64,000 bases of DNA, taken from the NCBI GenBank assembly GCA_963668315.1, contig OY764216.1, forward strand, positions 3,008,001 through 3,072,000, written 5' to 3'. Positions 55,209 to 64,000 of this stretch are shown one piece after another. The position numbers were made by a program, and so were the translations under genes. Source of the DNA: Spirochaetia bacterium (GTDB lineage Bacteria; Spirochaetota; Spirochaetia; DSM-2461). Within the stretch, counting starts at the first letter, position 1; each line of letters opens with the position of its first letter. Below the pieces are notes generated by a model. That model did no database searches. It was not told where the DNA came from and saw nothing but the letters and a program-made list of their open reading frames with translations.

Positions 55209-56510
55209 TCAGTAAAGGGGAGTCCAGGAGCCGTCTTTTGCGTCGATCCTGATCTCCCGGTCTTGCGGCCCTTCATCAATGAGGCGGCCGCTGTAGTATT
55301 TCCTGCCTGCAACGAGCGCCATGCGGCCTTTAAGGGAGAGATTCTCCGGGACCCGGGGCTCCTTCTCTGCCGTTTCATCTCCCTGGTAGTGATTGAGAAG
55401 GACACGCGAGACATAATCGGCTATTTTTTTCCTGTCCTCTTCCCTGACGCCGTAGCGATAGAGAAAATTCCGGGCGAATCGATTAATTCTCTCATAGGAG
55501 AGTTCCCATCCGTTCCCTTCCGGAAATTCTGCTTCCAGTCTGCCTTCCCGCAGGGTTATGTCAGGACCCTCGCAGATAATATCCCGATACGCAAAGGGCC
55601 AGGATATGAGTGAGCCCGTTTCCACATCGAAAAGACTGTGCCCCTCCTGGGTCTGAATGGCTATATCCTGTGAATGGTAATGGCCCGTGAACACGACATT
55701 GACGTCGTATTTCATGAGGAGAGATAGAAGTTCCTTGCGATTAATAAGTCTCATGCCTTTATCCCTATCCTGACCGGGATAGTGTTCCAGGAGGGAGTGG
55801 TGCATGAATAGCAGAACAGATAGGCCCCTGAGCCGGCTTTCACTGAGAGTCTCCTCCAGCCATGTGAGCGTTTCTTCATGCAAATAACCAGGACCTGATC
55901 CGTATCGGCAGCTGTCCAGGCCGATGAGAAGGGTTTTTTCATTGACTTCCACGGCGTAACTCAGTGAATAGATATCCCGGGAAAGGGCTTCATCATAACC
56001 GAAGGGTCGATAGAGGCTGAGAAACTCCCCCGCGCTCAATGATTCCGTATCTATCGCCTTATCTCCGCGGAAGGCAAGGGGGTAGGGATTGTCAATATCA
56101 TGATTGCCCGGTATGGCATAAACATCTACTCCCTCTGCTTCCAGGGAGGAAAAATACCGGGATAGAACCATATGACTCTCTTTTTCGCCATTGTTGGTCA
56201 GATCTCCGGGAACGATGATAAAATCAGGCTTTTCCCTGAGCACCTCGTCTTTGAAATCCGCCAGAATAGAATCGCCATATTCCGTTAAATTCCCTTTTTT
56301 ATATAGCATATGCCTTTGAAAGGCCGATCCGCTGTCATAAAGAGCGGGAGCAAGAAAATGGATATCGCTGATGACGAAAAAACGAGAATTGCCATAGTCC
56401 GCTGATCTTTTAGGGTATTGATCGCTTACTGATGAAGTACGGCATCCTGCCAGTAAAAAGAAAGGAAAGGTCAGAATCAACAGATTTGACATAATCTTCA
56501 TAAACGACAT
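55209..56510 (-). CDS. Calcineurin-like metallophosphoesterase lipoprotein
   Basis: Lipobox LAGC; SDIH, GDLT, PGNHD, MHH, TGHYH; start may be 56501. Confidence 0.85.
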   Translation of the reverse strand: MSFMKIMSNLLILTFPFFLLAGCRTSSVSDQYPKRSADYGNSRFFVISDIHFLAPALYDSGSAFQRHMLYKKGNLTEYGDSILADFKDEVLREKPDFIIVPGDLTNNGEKESHMVLSRYFSSLEAEGVDVYAIPGNHDIDNPYPLAFRGDKAIDTESLSAGEFLSLYRPFGYDEALSRDIYSLSYAVEVNEKTLLIGLDSCRYGSGPGYLHEETLTWLEETLSESRLRGLSVLLFMHHSLLEHYPGQDRDKGMRLINRKELLSLLMKYDVNVVFTGHYHSQDIAIQTQEGHSLFDVETGSLISWPFAYRDIICEGPDITLREGRLEAEFPEGNGWELSYERINRFARNFLYRYGVREEDRKKIADYVSRVLLNHYQGDETAEKEPRVPENLSLKGRMALVAGRKYYSGRLIDEGPQDREIRIDAKDGSWTPLY

Positions 56511-56629
56511 GATAACATAAAAAATGAGAGAAAAAAAAGCAAAAAAAAGCTGGAATCAACTGTTTTTTTTTATTAAGTGCGCTATAATGTGTAGCAACAG
56601 TGAAGATAACAAGGGAGTGTGTGTTTAAT

Positions 56630-57073
56630 ATGAAGAAGAAAACCTTAGGAACTAACTACTCTAAAGAAAGCTGGAAGCCACTCAGTATCTTTTGCTTGAA
56701 TCAGAAAGAGAAAGGTGATATCTATTCAAAAAGCAGCTTTTCCCGTGTCATAGATTATGAACAGCAGAGGGCCAAAAGGAATGAATCCACATTCGCCCTT
56801 GTCTCATGTTCGTTCGGGGAGAGTGAAGAAAATAAAAGCGGTTTGAAAAGATACCTGGACTGCGTTAAAAAAACAGTCAGGACCGTTGATCATATAGGAT
56901 GGAGAGGTGAAGGAAATGTGGGAATCCTGCTCCCCTGTACCAATAGGGACGGGGCGGAACAGTTTCTCAATAAAATCCATTCCTTTTCCGGGGTTGCCCG
57001 TCAGCCCGTCTCCTATAGGATCGAAACGTACAACGGCGAACGAGAGGTTGCCCGAACCGCACAGGATGTTTAA
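56630..57073 (+). CDS. Degenerate GGDEF-like domain protein with intact I-site
   Basis: [15 protein letters not shown]...[31 protein letters not shown]. Confidence 0.65.
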   Translation: MKKKTLGTNYSKESWKPLSIFCLNQKEKGDIYSKSSFSRVIDYEQQRAKRNESTFALVSCSFGESEENKSGLKRYLDCVKKTVRTVDHIGWRGEGNVGILLPCTNRDGAEQFLNKIHSFSGVARQPVSYRIETYNGEREVARTAQDV

Positions 57074-57939
57074 TGAAAGGTATAATTCTCGCCGGGGGCA
57101 GCGGAACAAGGCTGTACCCCTCCACCATGGTTGTATGCAAGCAGCTGCTGCCGGTTTATGACAAGCCGATGATCTATTATCCCCTTTCCACGCTGATGTT
57201 GGCGGGGATAAGGGATATTCTCATTATTTCCACCCCCGAGGATCTTCCCCGTTTTGAAGAGTTGCTGGGAGATGGATCGGACCTGGGTCTTTCCCTTAAC
57301 TATAAAATTCAAGAGGCGCCGAACGGTCTTGCCGAGGCATTTATCCTTGGAAAGGATTTCATCGGAAGTGATTCCGTATGTCTCGTCCTGGGTGATAATA
57401 TTTTTTACGGTCATGGTTTGCCGGAAATGCTCACTCAGGCGGCGGAACAGAAAAAGGGCGCCCGGGTTTTCGGCTATAATGTAGCCGATCCTGAACGGTA
57501 CGGGGTAGTGGAGTTCGACGGAAATAAACGTGTCCTTTCCCTCGAGGAGAAACCGGAGAAACCAAAATCGAATTACGCGGTGGTAGGTCTCTATTTTTAC
57601 GATAACCGTGTTGTGGAAATGGCGGAGAATCTTGCTCCTTCTGCCAGGGGAGAACTGGAAATAACCGATTTGAATAGGCTTTATCTTGAAAAGGGTGAAT
57701 TGAGCGTTACTCTGATGGGGCGCGGGTTCGCCTGGCTCGATACGGGAACGCACAATTCCCTCGCCGATGCCACCCAGTATGTGAAGGCCATCGAGGACAG
57801 ACAGAATCTGAAAATTTCCTGTATCGAAGAAATCGCTTATCGCAAGAATTTCATCGACAAAGCAGCCCTCCGTAAATTGGCGGTGAAATATAAAAAATCA
57901 ACCTACGGCCAATATCTTCTGAAAGTGGCGGAAGAATAG
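57073..57939 (+). CDS. rfbA: Glucose-1-phosphate thymidylyltransferase
   Basis: [48 protein letters not shown]. Confidence 0.97.
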   Translation: MKGIILAGGSGTRLYPSTMVVCKQLLPVYDKPMIYYPLSTLMLAGIRDILIISTPEDLPRFEELLGDGSDLGLSLNYKIQEAPNGLAEAFILGKDFIGSDSVCLVLGDNIFYGHGLPEMLTQAAEQKKGARVFGYNVADPERYGVVEFDGNKRVLSLEEKPEKPKSNYAVVGLYFYDNRVVEMAENLAPSARGELEITDLNRLYLEKGELSVTLMGRGFAWLDTGTHNSLADATQYVKAIEDRQNLKISCIEEIAYRKNFIDKAALRKLAVKYKKSTYGQYLLKVAEE

Positions 57940-59210
57940 TGGGTGACGGAGATTTACAAGATTCGATAGTCCATGATAATATTTCTATCATGGACCATGA
58001 AGAACAGCAGGAAGAAAAGTCTCTCCTGGAAATGCTCCTTTTTGTCTGGAACATCGTATGGAGCTACAGGATTCTGATATTTATTTTAACATTTCTGGGG
58101 GCCGCTGGAACAGTAGGTTTTGCCGTGATGACAATACGTCTGCCCGTCGAAGAAAGCCCTATGCCGAATGTTTATCGCTCTTATACAAGGGTTATCATAC
58201 AGGAAAGCTCCTCGTCCGGGGGAGATAACATTGCTGCCATGATGGATATGATGGGCTTCAGTTCGTCGGGCAGTCAGCAGATGACGAACGGAAACCTGGC
58301 CCAAATGGTCTATTCCAGTTTCCCCTACGCAGACAGCGTAGCGGAAAGAATGAATTTCCCCGAAAAATATCATACCAAACCGGATAATAAGACAGCGTTA
58401 CGACGGATATTTTATGCGAGTTCCAGTTTCTCCTTTGACAATAGAACGAGAATTCTGCAGTTATCATATAACAGCACTGATAAATATTTTGCCACGGAAG
58501 TCGTGGAAGCCATGCTGGCCGAGCTGCAGAACTGGTTCATGGAGCAGGGCGGCGTGGCCAGTCAGAGTCAGCTGAGCAATATCGAATCAAAAATATTTGA
58601 TGTTTCCAAGGAAATCAGCCGTCTTGAAGATCAGATTAAGGAAATTCAGACTGAATATGGCGTATTGAATATCGAAGATCTCGCTGCTTCCCGTCAGTCC
58701 TTGAGTGACAGTCTGAATGAACAGCTCCTGGATCTCGATCTCCAGATCAGCCGTCAGACAAGCACACAATCCTCCTATTCCCCCATCGAGACCAGCGCCG
58801 TCAAGTCACTGCGTGCGCAGCGGGACGAAATTGCCAATACCCTCTATCGCCTGTCAAATGGTCTGCCCGTGGGGGGGCGTGTTTTTCCTCCCGTTGATGA
58901 ATTGCCCCAGTTGGCCCTGGATTTCAACCGGCTCCAGCTGCTCCTTCAGATTCAGGAAGGGATATATCAATCTCTGACGAGTCAATACGAGGTGCTGAAG
59001 CTTTCAGGGAACGGGTCTCTGGCATTGACCGTACTCGAGCCGGCGGAAGTCCCCCTGGAGAAATACGGCCCCAAAAGGAGCATGATATGCATTCAGGGCA
59101 CCATGGGAGCCTTCTTTTTCGGTGTGGCCCTTGCCTTTCTCTTTACCTTTCTCAAAACGATTAAAGCCAAGCGGGAAGAGAATCTGATTCCCCTGGATGA
59201 TGAAGAATAA
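57939..59210 (+). CDS. Polysaccharide chain-length determinant (Wzz/Wzc-N, GNVR-like), no kinase domain
   Basis: Two TMs flanking a coiled-coil periplasmic region; VLEPAEVPLEKYGPKRS before the C-terminal TM. Confidence 0.85.
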   Translation: MGDGDLQDSIVHDNISIMDHEEQQEEKSLLEMLLFVWNIVWSYRILIFILTFLGAAGTVGFAVMTIRLPVEESPMPNVYRSYTRVIIQESSSSGGDNIAAMMDMMGFSSSGSQQMTNGNLAQMVYSSFPYADSVAERMNFPEKYHTKPDNKTALRRIFYASSSFSFDNRTRILQLSYNSTDKYFATEVVEAMLAELQNWFMEQGGVASQSQLSNIESKIFDVSKEISRLEDQIKEIQTEYGVLNIEDLAASRQSLSDSLNEQLLDLDLQISRQTSTQSSYSPIETSAVKSLRAQRDEIANTLYRLSNGLPVGGRVFPPVDELPQLALDFNRLQLLLQIQEGIYQSLTSQYEVLKLSGNGSLALTVLEPAEVPLEKYGPKRSMICIQGTMGAFFFGVALAFLFTFLKTIKAKREENLIPLDDEE

Positions 59211-59227
59211 AATTATACGACGAAGAG

Positions 59228-59266
59228 AAATAAAAAAAGACTTCCTTGGGAAGTCTTTTTTTATTT
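59228..59266. terminator. Bidirectional terminator between the wzz-like gene and tRNA-Cys
   Basis: Perfect 18-bp inverted repeat AAATAAAAAAAGACTTCC-TTG-GGAAGTCTTTTTTTATTT. Confidence 0.85.
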
Positions 59267-59269
59267 AAG

Positions 59270-59342
59270 AGGCGCCGAGCGGACTCGAACCGCTGAATCA
59301 TGGATTTGCAATCCACTCCCTTAGCCGCTTGGGTACGGCGCC
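59270..59342 (-). tRNA. tRNA-Cys(GCA)
   Basis: Reverse complement GGCGCCG...GTGGA-TTGCAAA-TCCAT...TTCGAGT...CGGCGCC-T; U73 discriminator; no CCA. Confidence 0.96.
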
Positions 59343-59358
59343 ATTTGAATGTAGGAAG

Positions 59359-59387
59359 AATATAACAGATCTATCCGTTAATGTCCA
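59359..59387 (-). promoter_or_regulatory. Promoter of tRNA-Cys
   Basis: TGGACA-N17-TATATT with TG extension. Confidence 0.65.
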
Positions 59388-59408
59388 CACCCTTTTGTAA
59401 AAAAAAGT

Positions 59409-59786
59409 CTAAAATGTAAAATCTTCCGGAAGGGGATTATAGTGCATATCAATACGTTCAATCGTCTTCTCATGGGGAAGGTGGAACAGGGTTTTAATCC
59501 TCTCATACTGATCATCATCAAACTCATCTCCATGATAAACAACGAACTTTTCCTTTTTCAGAAGATAGACGACTCTCCCCCTGGGGATGGAATCATATTC
59601 GGCCCTTAGATTCTGGGGCAGTTTCTCAAGTATTCCCCTTTTTGCCATTATGAACCAGGCGGCGTAATGTCCGACTTCATAGTCAATACTAATCCGTGTT
59701 TTCACTCCTTCGGACAGGGGGCTGTATTCGCAATGGAACAGTTTATCGTCATAACTCCAGAAAATACCGACGCAGGGTTCACTCAT
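59409..59786 (-). CDS. Small hypothetical protein (VGIFW...HY..W...PRGRVVY motif)
   Basis: 125-aa ORF coupled to the upstream gene by a TGATG overlap. Confidence 0.65.
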   Translation of the reverse strand: MSEPCVGIFWSYDDKLFHCEYSPLSEGVKTRISIDYEVGHYAAWFIMAKRGILEKLPQNLRAEYDSIPRGRVVYLLKKEKFVVYHGDEFDDDQYERIKTLFHLPHEKTIERIDMHYNPLPEDFTF

Positions 59787-61048
59787 CAGAAAACTCCTTT
59801 TGTTTCATTTAGAGAGCTGATTATCAGATCGTCAATGGAAAGGGCGCTGTTCAGCGCCAGCCTGCTCAGGGTCTCCCAGTTTTCCATTAGATTAAGCCTT
59901 TCGCTTGAGTAACTGAGGCGTAATCCCTTTTCGCCGTATTTATTGAGAAGGATAAGGCAGGGATCCGATGGATTAACAAATTCTTTTGGGCTGAGGGCAG
60001 GGTAGAGACCCGTTTTGCTCCAGCCCATAATGCTCTGCACCGAGCGGGAGAGAAGATAATCTTCTGCCGCCTGAGCTACAAGGGACGTATTATCTCTGAG
60101 GGGACGGGCAATGAGAGTGTAATCGTAAAGGGGAGTGATAAAATCGGGGTAGCACGTATAATCATCAAGAGCTATTTTGCTGGTTGATTCAATAAAAAAA
60201 TCGGCCCCGTCTCCGGAAGGATCGGCCGATGAGTGAAGAATGCCCATTTCTTTTAAGCTTCGGTTTAAAACGAGAGCTTTCTTGAGAGCTTCACGGCTGA
60301 GGTCAGGGGAGCTATTATAATAGTTTTCGAAAAGGGAGAAAGTCTTGTAATCATATACATTCCAGCTGTAACTGTGACTGGATTCACCCAGAATATCAGA
60401 CAGAACCATGGGGCGTATGTTTGAGCGCTTCGGAGCAAATAGAGATATTATGGAAAAGCCATAGTCCCTGGGAATCTCCGTTTTACCTTCGAGATCGGGT
60501 CGTGTCTCTTCGGGGAAAACAATAAGATGGGGTATCTCTTTTTTCTGATTAAATCGGTTCATAAGATCTCTGGCGGGATAAGCAGAGAGCAGAGGATTGA
60601 ACGACAGATTATGGAAACGGCAGAATTCCTCCAGCCTGTCCCTGGTGAAGGTATCATTCTCAGGCAGCAATACGGTGAGAGTTGTCTCTTCGGAAATCCT
60701 GCCCCAGATATCTATCCGGGTAGGATTTTCAAGGCGATTATCACCCCGGGAAAGGTAATAAATCCCGTCGGAAAAAACAAGCTTCAGCGTCTTCAGGAGA
60801 TTTTCCGGTTCTTCCAGTATAATGCTGTTCCTGCCCCCATAGGCCTCAATACGGTATACATCTTCGAAGAGGGGAATGATTTCTGAAACCACCACCGAGC
60901 CCTCTCGCAGGGGATTATCCGGAACAGCGTAATCAATCAATTCCTCCCGGTCGTAGCTATCGTAAAATTCTCCATTAATCCAGATATCAAGGGAAAAGAG
61001 GGGAATTGAAAATATCAGAAAGACTGTGGGGAGGATATGTCTTTTCAT
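59786..61048 (-). CDS. Exported hypothetical protein; C-terminal half resembles a degenerate solute-binding protein
   Basis: Signal peptide; EDYLLSRSVQ....KTGLYPA resembles the SBP C-terminal motif; ATGA-coupled to rpiB. Confidence 0.55.
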   Translation of the reverse strand: MKRHILPTVFLIFSIPLFSLDIWINGEFYDSYDREELIDYAVPDNPLREGSVVVSEIIPLFEDVYRIEAYGGRNSIILEEPENLLKTLKLVFSDGIYYLSRGDNRLENPTRIDIWGRISEETTLTVLLPENDTFTRDRLEEFCRFHNLSFNPLLSAYPARDLMNRFNQKKEIPHLIVFPEETRPDLEGKTEIPRDYGFSIISLFAPKRSNIRPMVLSDILGESSHSYSWNVYDYKTFSLFENYYNSSPDLSREALKKALVLNRSLKEMGILHSSADPSGDGADFFIESTSKIALDDYTCYPDFITPLYDYTLIARPLRDNTSLVAQAAEDYLLSRSVQSIMGWSKTGLYPALSPKEFVNPSDPCLILLNKYGEKGLRLSYSSERLNLMENWETLSRLALNSALSIDDLIISSLNETKGVF

Positions 61049-61497
61049 ATTTGTCCGATCTTCATCATCTTATCGACACGACGCTGATGCCTTCCCCCCT
61101 CGAATTCCGCATCGATATAAGCATCGATTATCTGGGAAACCGGTTCTGGATAGGAGATGTGAGGACTGCCGCCGAAGGCTATAAAATTACAGTTATTGTG
61201 TTTTTTAGTCATGCCCGCCGCCCAGGCGTTCTGGGGAAGGGCACATCGGATCCCGGGCATTTTATTAGCCGAAATGGAAATGCCGATGCCGGTCGTACAC
61301 AGAAGGATACCGAACTCATAGTCCCCCTCTTCAATAAATCTGCGGCAGGCTTCTTCTGCTTTATCGGGGTAATCCATAGAGTCCGCCGTATTCACGCCGC
61401 AGTCCTCGATGGTATAGCCCCGGTTCTTCAGGTGTTCAATAATCACCCTTTTAAGATCCAGGGCTCCATGATCATTGCCTATGATGACTTTCTTCAT
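61045..61497 (-). CDS. rpiB: Ribose-5-phosphate isomerase B
   Basis: IGNDHGA, DYPD, GILLCTTGIGISISANK, FEGGRHQRRV. Confidence 0.95.
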   Translation of the reverse strand: MKKVIIGNDHGALDLKRVIIEHLKNRGYTIEDCGVNTADSMDYPDKAEEACRRFIEEGDYEFGILLCTTGIGISISANKMPGIRCALPQNAWAAGMTKKHNNCNFIAFGGSPHISYPEPVSQIIDAYIDAEFEGGRHQRRVDKMMKIGQI

Positions 61498-61526
61498 CGT
61501 ATATCTCCATTTATGTTAATAGGTTC

Positions 61527-61555
61527 ATTATAGCGGAAACCTTCCGGCTTGACAA
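61527..61555 (-). promoter_or_regulatory. Promoter of rpiB
   Basis: TTGTCA-N17-TATAAT; GGAG SD. Confidence 0.7.
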
Positions 61556-61581
61556 TTAATTTGCCATTAAAGGATATGGTT

Positions 61582-62253
61582 CTACCGGTGTCTTTCCACG
61601 CCGATACGGGGGCAGAAGGGTGAAAGGGGACAGCGGGAGCAGTGGGGGGAGAGGGGTGTGCACTCTTTCTGCCCGAAAAGTACGAGGTCTTCATTAAGGG
61701 AAATCCAGTATTCAACGGGAAGTATCATACGGAGAGCTTTTTCCGTATCATCCGGTTTTGAGGTCTTTACCCACCCCATTCTGTTGGCTATACGGTGGAC
61801 ATGGATGTCGACGCATATCGCCGGAATTCCCCAGCCCAGACTTAATACGAGATTGGCCGTCTTAAGTCCGACTCCGGGCAGGGAGAGAAGATCTTCTCGG
61901 GTCCGGGGGACTTTCCCATCGTAACTCTCGATAAGAATAAGGCATATCTCCCTTATGGTTTCCCCCTTTTTTCTGAAAAACCCGGCGGGATAGATCAGTT
62001 CAGAAATCTCTTCCCCGGTTAACCGAGACATTTTTTCTACCCCATCGGCTCTTTCGAAGAGTTTTAAAGAACTTTCCAGGGTGACTTTATCCTTTGTCCT
62101 GAGGGAGATGATCGTGGATATCAGTACTTTGAACGGATCGGATGAGGCCATGCCGATTTCAGAGACAGAGGGCAATTCCCCTTTGACATGCTCTTCTATC
62201 CTTCCAAGAACATTCTGCCAGTAAGGGAAACTAAATTTTTTCAATGAGAACAA
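61582..62253 (-). CDS. nth: Endonuclease III
   Basis: LLSLPGVGLKTANLVL HhH, VDIHVHRIANR, C-x6-C-x2-C-x5-C FeS motif; exact start uncertain. Confidence 0.93.
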   Translation of the reverse strand: MFSLKKFSFPYWQNVLGRIEEHVKGELPSVSEIGMASSDPFKVLISTIISLRTKDKVTLESSLKLFERADGVEKMSRLTGEEISELIYPAGFFRKKGETIREICLILIESYDGKVPRTREDLLSLPGVGLKTANLVLSLGWGIPAICVDIHVHRIANRMGWVKTSKPDDTEKALRMILPVEYWISLNEDLVLFGQKECTPLSPHCSRCPLSPFCPRIGVERHR

Positions 62254-62710
62254 TTCCCTGGGCTTCTATTGCATCGCCACGGCCCGTAGAGTCCTGTTTC
62301 TCCTTTGTTTTCGCTTTGACGGAAACTTCCGAAAGGGAAAGGCCCGTCAAGCGGGCCAGGGATGAGCGTATTTCATCGATATGAGGGCGCAGACGCGGGG
62401 TTTCCAGGATAACGGAGCTGTCTATATTCACCGGTCTCCATCCCTCAATCCTGAGTAATTCCATAATAGAGGAGAGGAGCATTTTACTGTCTGCATCTTT
62501 CCAGCGAACATCGCTCGGAGGGAAATGGCTTCCGATATCACCGAGAGCGGCGGCACCAAGGAGGGCGTCAATCAGGGCGTGAATCAGAACATCTCCGTCT
62601 GAATGGGCCTCGCATCCCTTTGACGAGGGTATATCCACCCCGCCGAGGATAAGAGGCCTTCCCTCGGTGAGCCGGTGAATGTCATATCCCTGACCTATCC
62701 GTATCGTCAC
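62231..62710 (-). CDS. ispF: 2-C-methyl-D-erythritol 2,4-cyclodiphosphate synthase
   Basis: RIGQGYDIH, HSDGDVLIHALIDALLGA, GDIGSHFP, VSVKAKT. Confidence 0.96.
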   Translation of the reverse strand: MTIRIGQGYDIHRLTEGRPLILGGVDIPSSKGCEAHSDGDVLIHALIDALLGAAALGDIGSHFPPSDVRWKDADSKMLLSSIMELLRIEGWRPVNIDSSVILETPRLRPHIDEIRSSLARLTGLSLSEVSVKAKTKEKQDSTGRGDAIEAQGIVLIEKI

Positions 62711-63411
62711 AGGCTCTCCTCTTCCCGAAGGGTAATGCCCAGGGATGCCAGATCGGAGCGGTAAGTGATTTTGTCATTTTCCAGGTTTCCCTCGACCGTA
62801 TAGACGGGCCCCACAAAACGGTCCCATATCTCAGAATCATCGGTAAAAAGAACATCGGACAGGGAGGCCTTCCTGTGGGCATCAAGAAGGAGGTCGTATT
62901 TGAAGCCCTGGGGCGTCTGTGCTCCCTTGGTGAAGCGGCGGTCCAGATGGGTTACGATTTTTCCCTCGCCGTCTATTATTTTCATGGTATTTGTCGCCGG
63001 CTCAACCGGTATGCAGGCTTGCATGCCTCTGGTTTTCTCAAGCACCGCACCAATCGTTTCTGCCGAAACGAACGGGCGGGCTCCATCGTGAATGAGGATA
63101 TTATCCGGAGGGCTGTCTTTCAGGTATACCAGAGCGTTCATCACCGATTCCTGTCTGGTTTGTCCCCCGGAAATAAATTCTATCCCATCAAGTGTGCTGA
63201 GAATATCTTTCGTAACGGGAAGGTAGTCCGTGCGGCAGACAAGGATAATTCTTTCGAAAAGCCCTGTTTTCACGAAAGTTTCCACTCCGTGAAAAAGCAG
63301 GGGCCGATTGCGAAAGGTCATATACTCTTTTTTGATACCATGGCCCATGCGGGAACTGGAGCCTGCGGCCAGAATGACAGCCACATTCATGATGTTATCA
63401 GTCCGCTTCAA
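62707..63411 (-). CDS. ispD: 2-C-methyl-D-erythritol 4-phosphate cytidylyltransferase
   Basis: ILAAGSSSRMG, GGQTRQESV, IHDGARPF, AQTPQGF, TDD, NDKIT. Confidence 0.95.
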   Translation of the reverse strand: MKRTDNIMNVAVILAAGSSSRMGHGIKKEYMTFRNRPLLFHGVETFVKTGLFERIILVCRTDYLPVTKDILSTLDGIEFISGGQTRQESVMNALVYLKDSPPDNILIHDGARPFVSAETIGAVLEKTRGMQACIPVEPATNTMKIIDGEGKIVTHLDRRFTKGAQTPQGFKYDLLLDAHRKASLSDVLFTDDSEIWDRFVGPVYTVEGNLENDKITYRSDLASLGITLREEESL

Positions 63412-63901
63412 GCTGACAGAGGATCAGCTGTTCAATCTCTTTCTTGGACTTTCCCATGGAAGAGGATATTTCGTCAATGAGAAGTTTCTGAGCGTTGTCG
63501 AAAAGCTTACGTTCCTGTACGGGAAGCTCTTTGTTCTTGCTTCTGTGATATAAACGGGCTACAACAAGAGCGATATCCGTGACGGAACCGCTTTTAATAA
63601 GGTCCAGGTTCATATTGTACCGTTCTTTCCAGTCGGAAGGTGCGGTAGTCACGTTTTTATTGATTTCATCGAGGGCTTTCTGCGCTTCAGCGGGAGTGAC
63701 CACAGGCCGGACTCCTAAATCATCCACCTTGTTAACAGGAATATGAACGATCATATCATCGCTTGTTTCAAGATTGACAACGTAATACATGAGTTTGTTG
63801 CCCTTGAAAACACGTTCTTCGATTTTTTCTATTTTGCCTACGCCCTGAAGAGGATAAACGACGTAATCCCCTTCTGAAAAAGTGGTGATTTTCTTTGCCA
63901 T
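63398..63901 (-). CDS. carD: CarD family transcriptional regulator
   Basis: GDYVVYPLQGVGKI, LGVRPV, WKERY, ERKLF; canonical carD-ispD-ispF order. Confidence 0.93.
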   Translation of the reverse strand: MAKKITTFSEGDYVVYPLQGVGKIEKIEERVFKGNKLMYYVVNLETSDDMIVHIPVNKVDDLGVRPVVTPAEAQKALDEINKNVTTAPSDWKERYNMNLDLIKSGSVTDIALVVARLYHRSKNKELPVQERKLFDNAQKLLIDEISSSMGKSKKEIEQLILCQLEAD

Positions 63902-63908
63902 GGGTACT

Positions 63909-63938
63909 ATTATACCTTAAAAAGGGGGTTAAGGTCAA
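63909..63938 (-). promoter_or_regulatory. Promoter of carD (leaderless geometry)
   Basis: TTGACC-N18-TATAAT, 7 nt before ATG 63901; no SD. Confidence 0.6.
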
Positions 63939-64000
63939 ATAGGGGGGAGTCGATAAGGAACTATGACTGGAATAAAAGTAGGGGTTTTACTCTCGCTTAT

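Noticed and set aside
59228..59266. Perfect 18-bp inverted repeat as a MITE or IS end
   Set aside because: 3-nt loop, A/T tails and position between convergent genes fit a bidirectional terminator; no second copy seen
1..64000. CRISPR array, IS elements, prophage, rRNA, riboswitch or T-box
   Set aside because: No spaced direct repeats, transposase, integrase or phage genes were recognised; intergenic regions are short and explained by promoters, terminators and tRNAs; alaS and the his genes have no room for long leaders

Overview
A 64 kb, gene-dense, mostly core chromosomal segment of a spirochaete (probably a free-living Spirochaetales member: two flaA sheath genes, short AlaRS, short ComEC, SPOR/HEAT/TPR envelope proteins). 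It contains a bat (BatA/B-C/D/E) operon, dsbD, three tRNAs (Val-TAC, Met-CAT, Cys-GCA; none encodes CCA), signalling genes (two orphan histidine kinases, an MCP, two PilZ proteins, an RsbW-like ATPase, a degenerate GGDEF protein), a SET-domain protein, fba, alaS, hisZ-G-B, a split rml (dTDP-rhamnose) cluster with a wzz-like gene, and carD-ispD-ispF-nth plus rpiB. No IS, prophage or CRISPR array was seen. The best candidate for an under-described system is the minus-strand operon at 33.6-41.9 kb: a membrane adenylate cyclase with an N-terminal CheA-like (pseudo-HPt + P2-like) module, a FecR protein with seven Ig/Fn3 repeats, and two paralogous Fn3/IPT + outer-membrane beta-barrel proteins, followed by an Ig-rich lipoprotein. 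Together they look like a trans-envelope cAMP signalling chain, possibly joined by beta-strand complementation. Other notable items are a probable non-canonical ATC start (or 1-nt frameshift) of a LysM amidase, several apparently leaderless genes, and c-di-GMP receptor candidates coupled to an anti-sigma-type kinase and to rmlA/wzz. Functional calls come from motif recognition by eye; no database searches were run.
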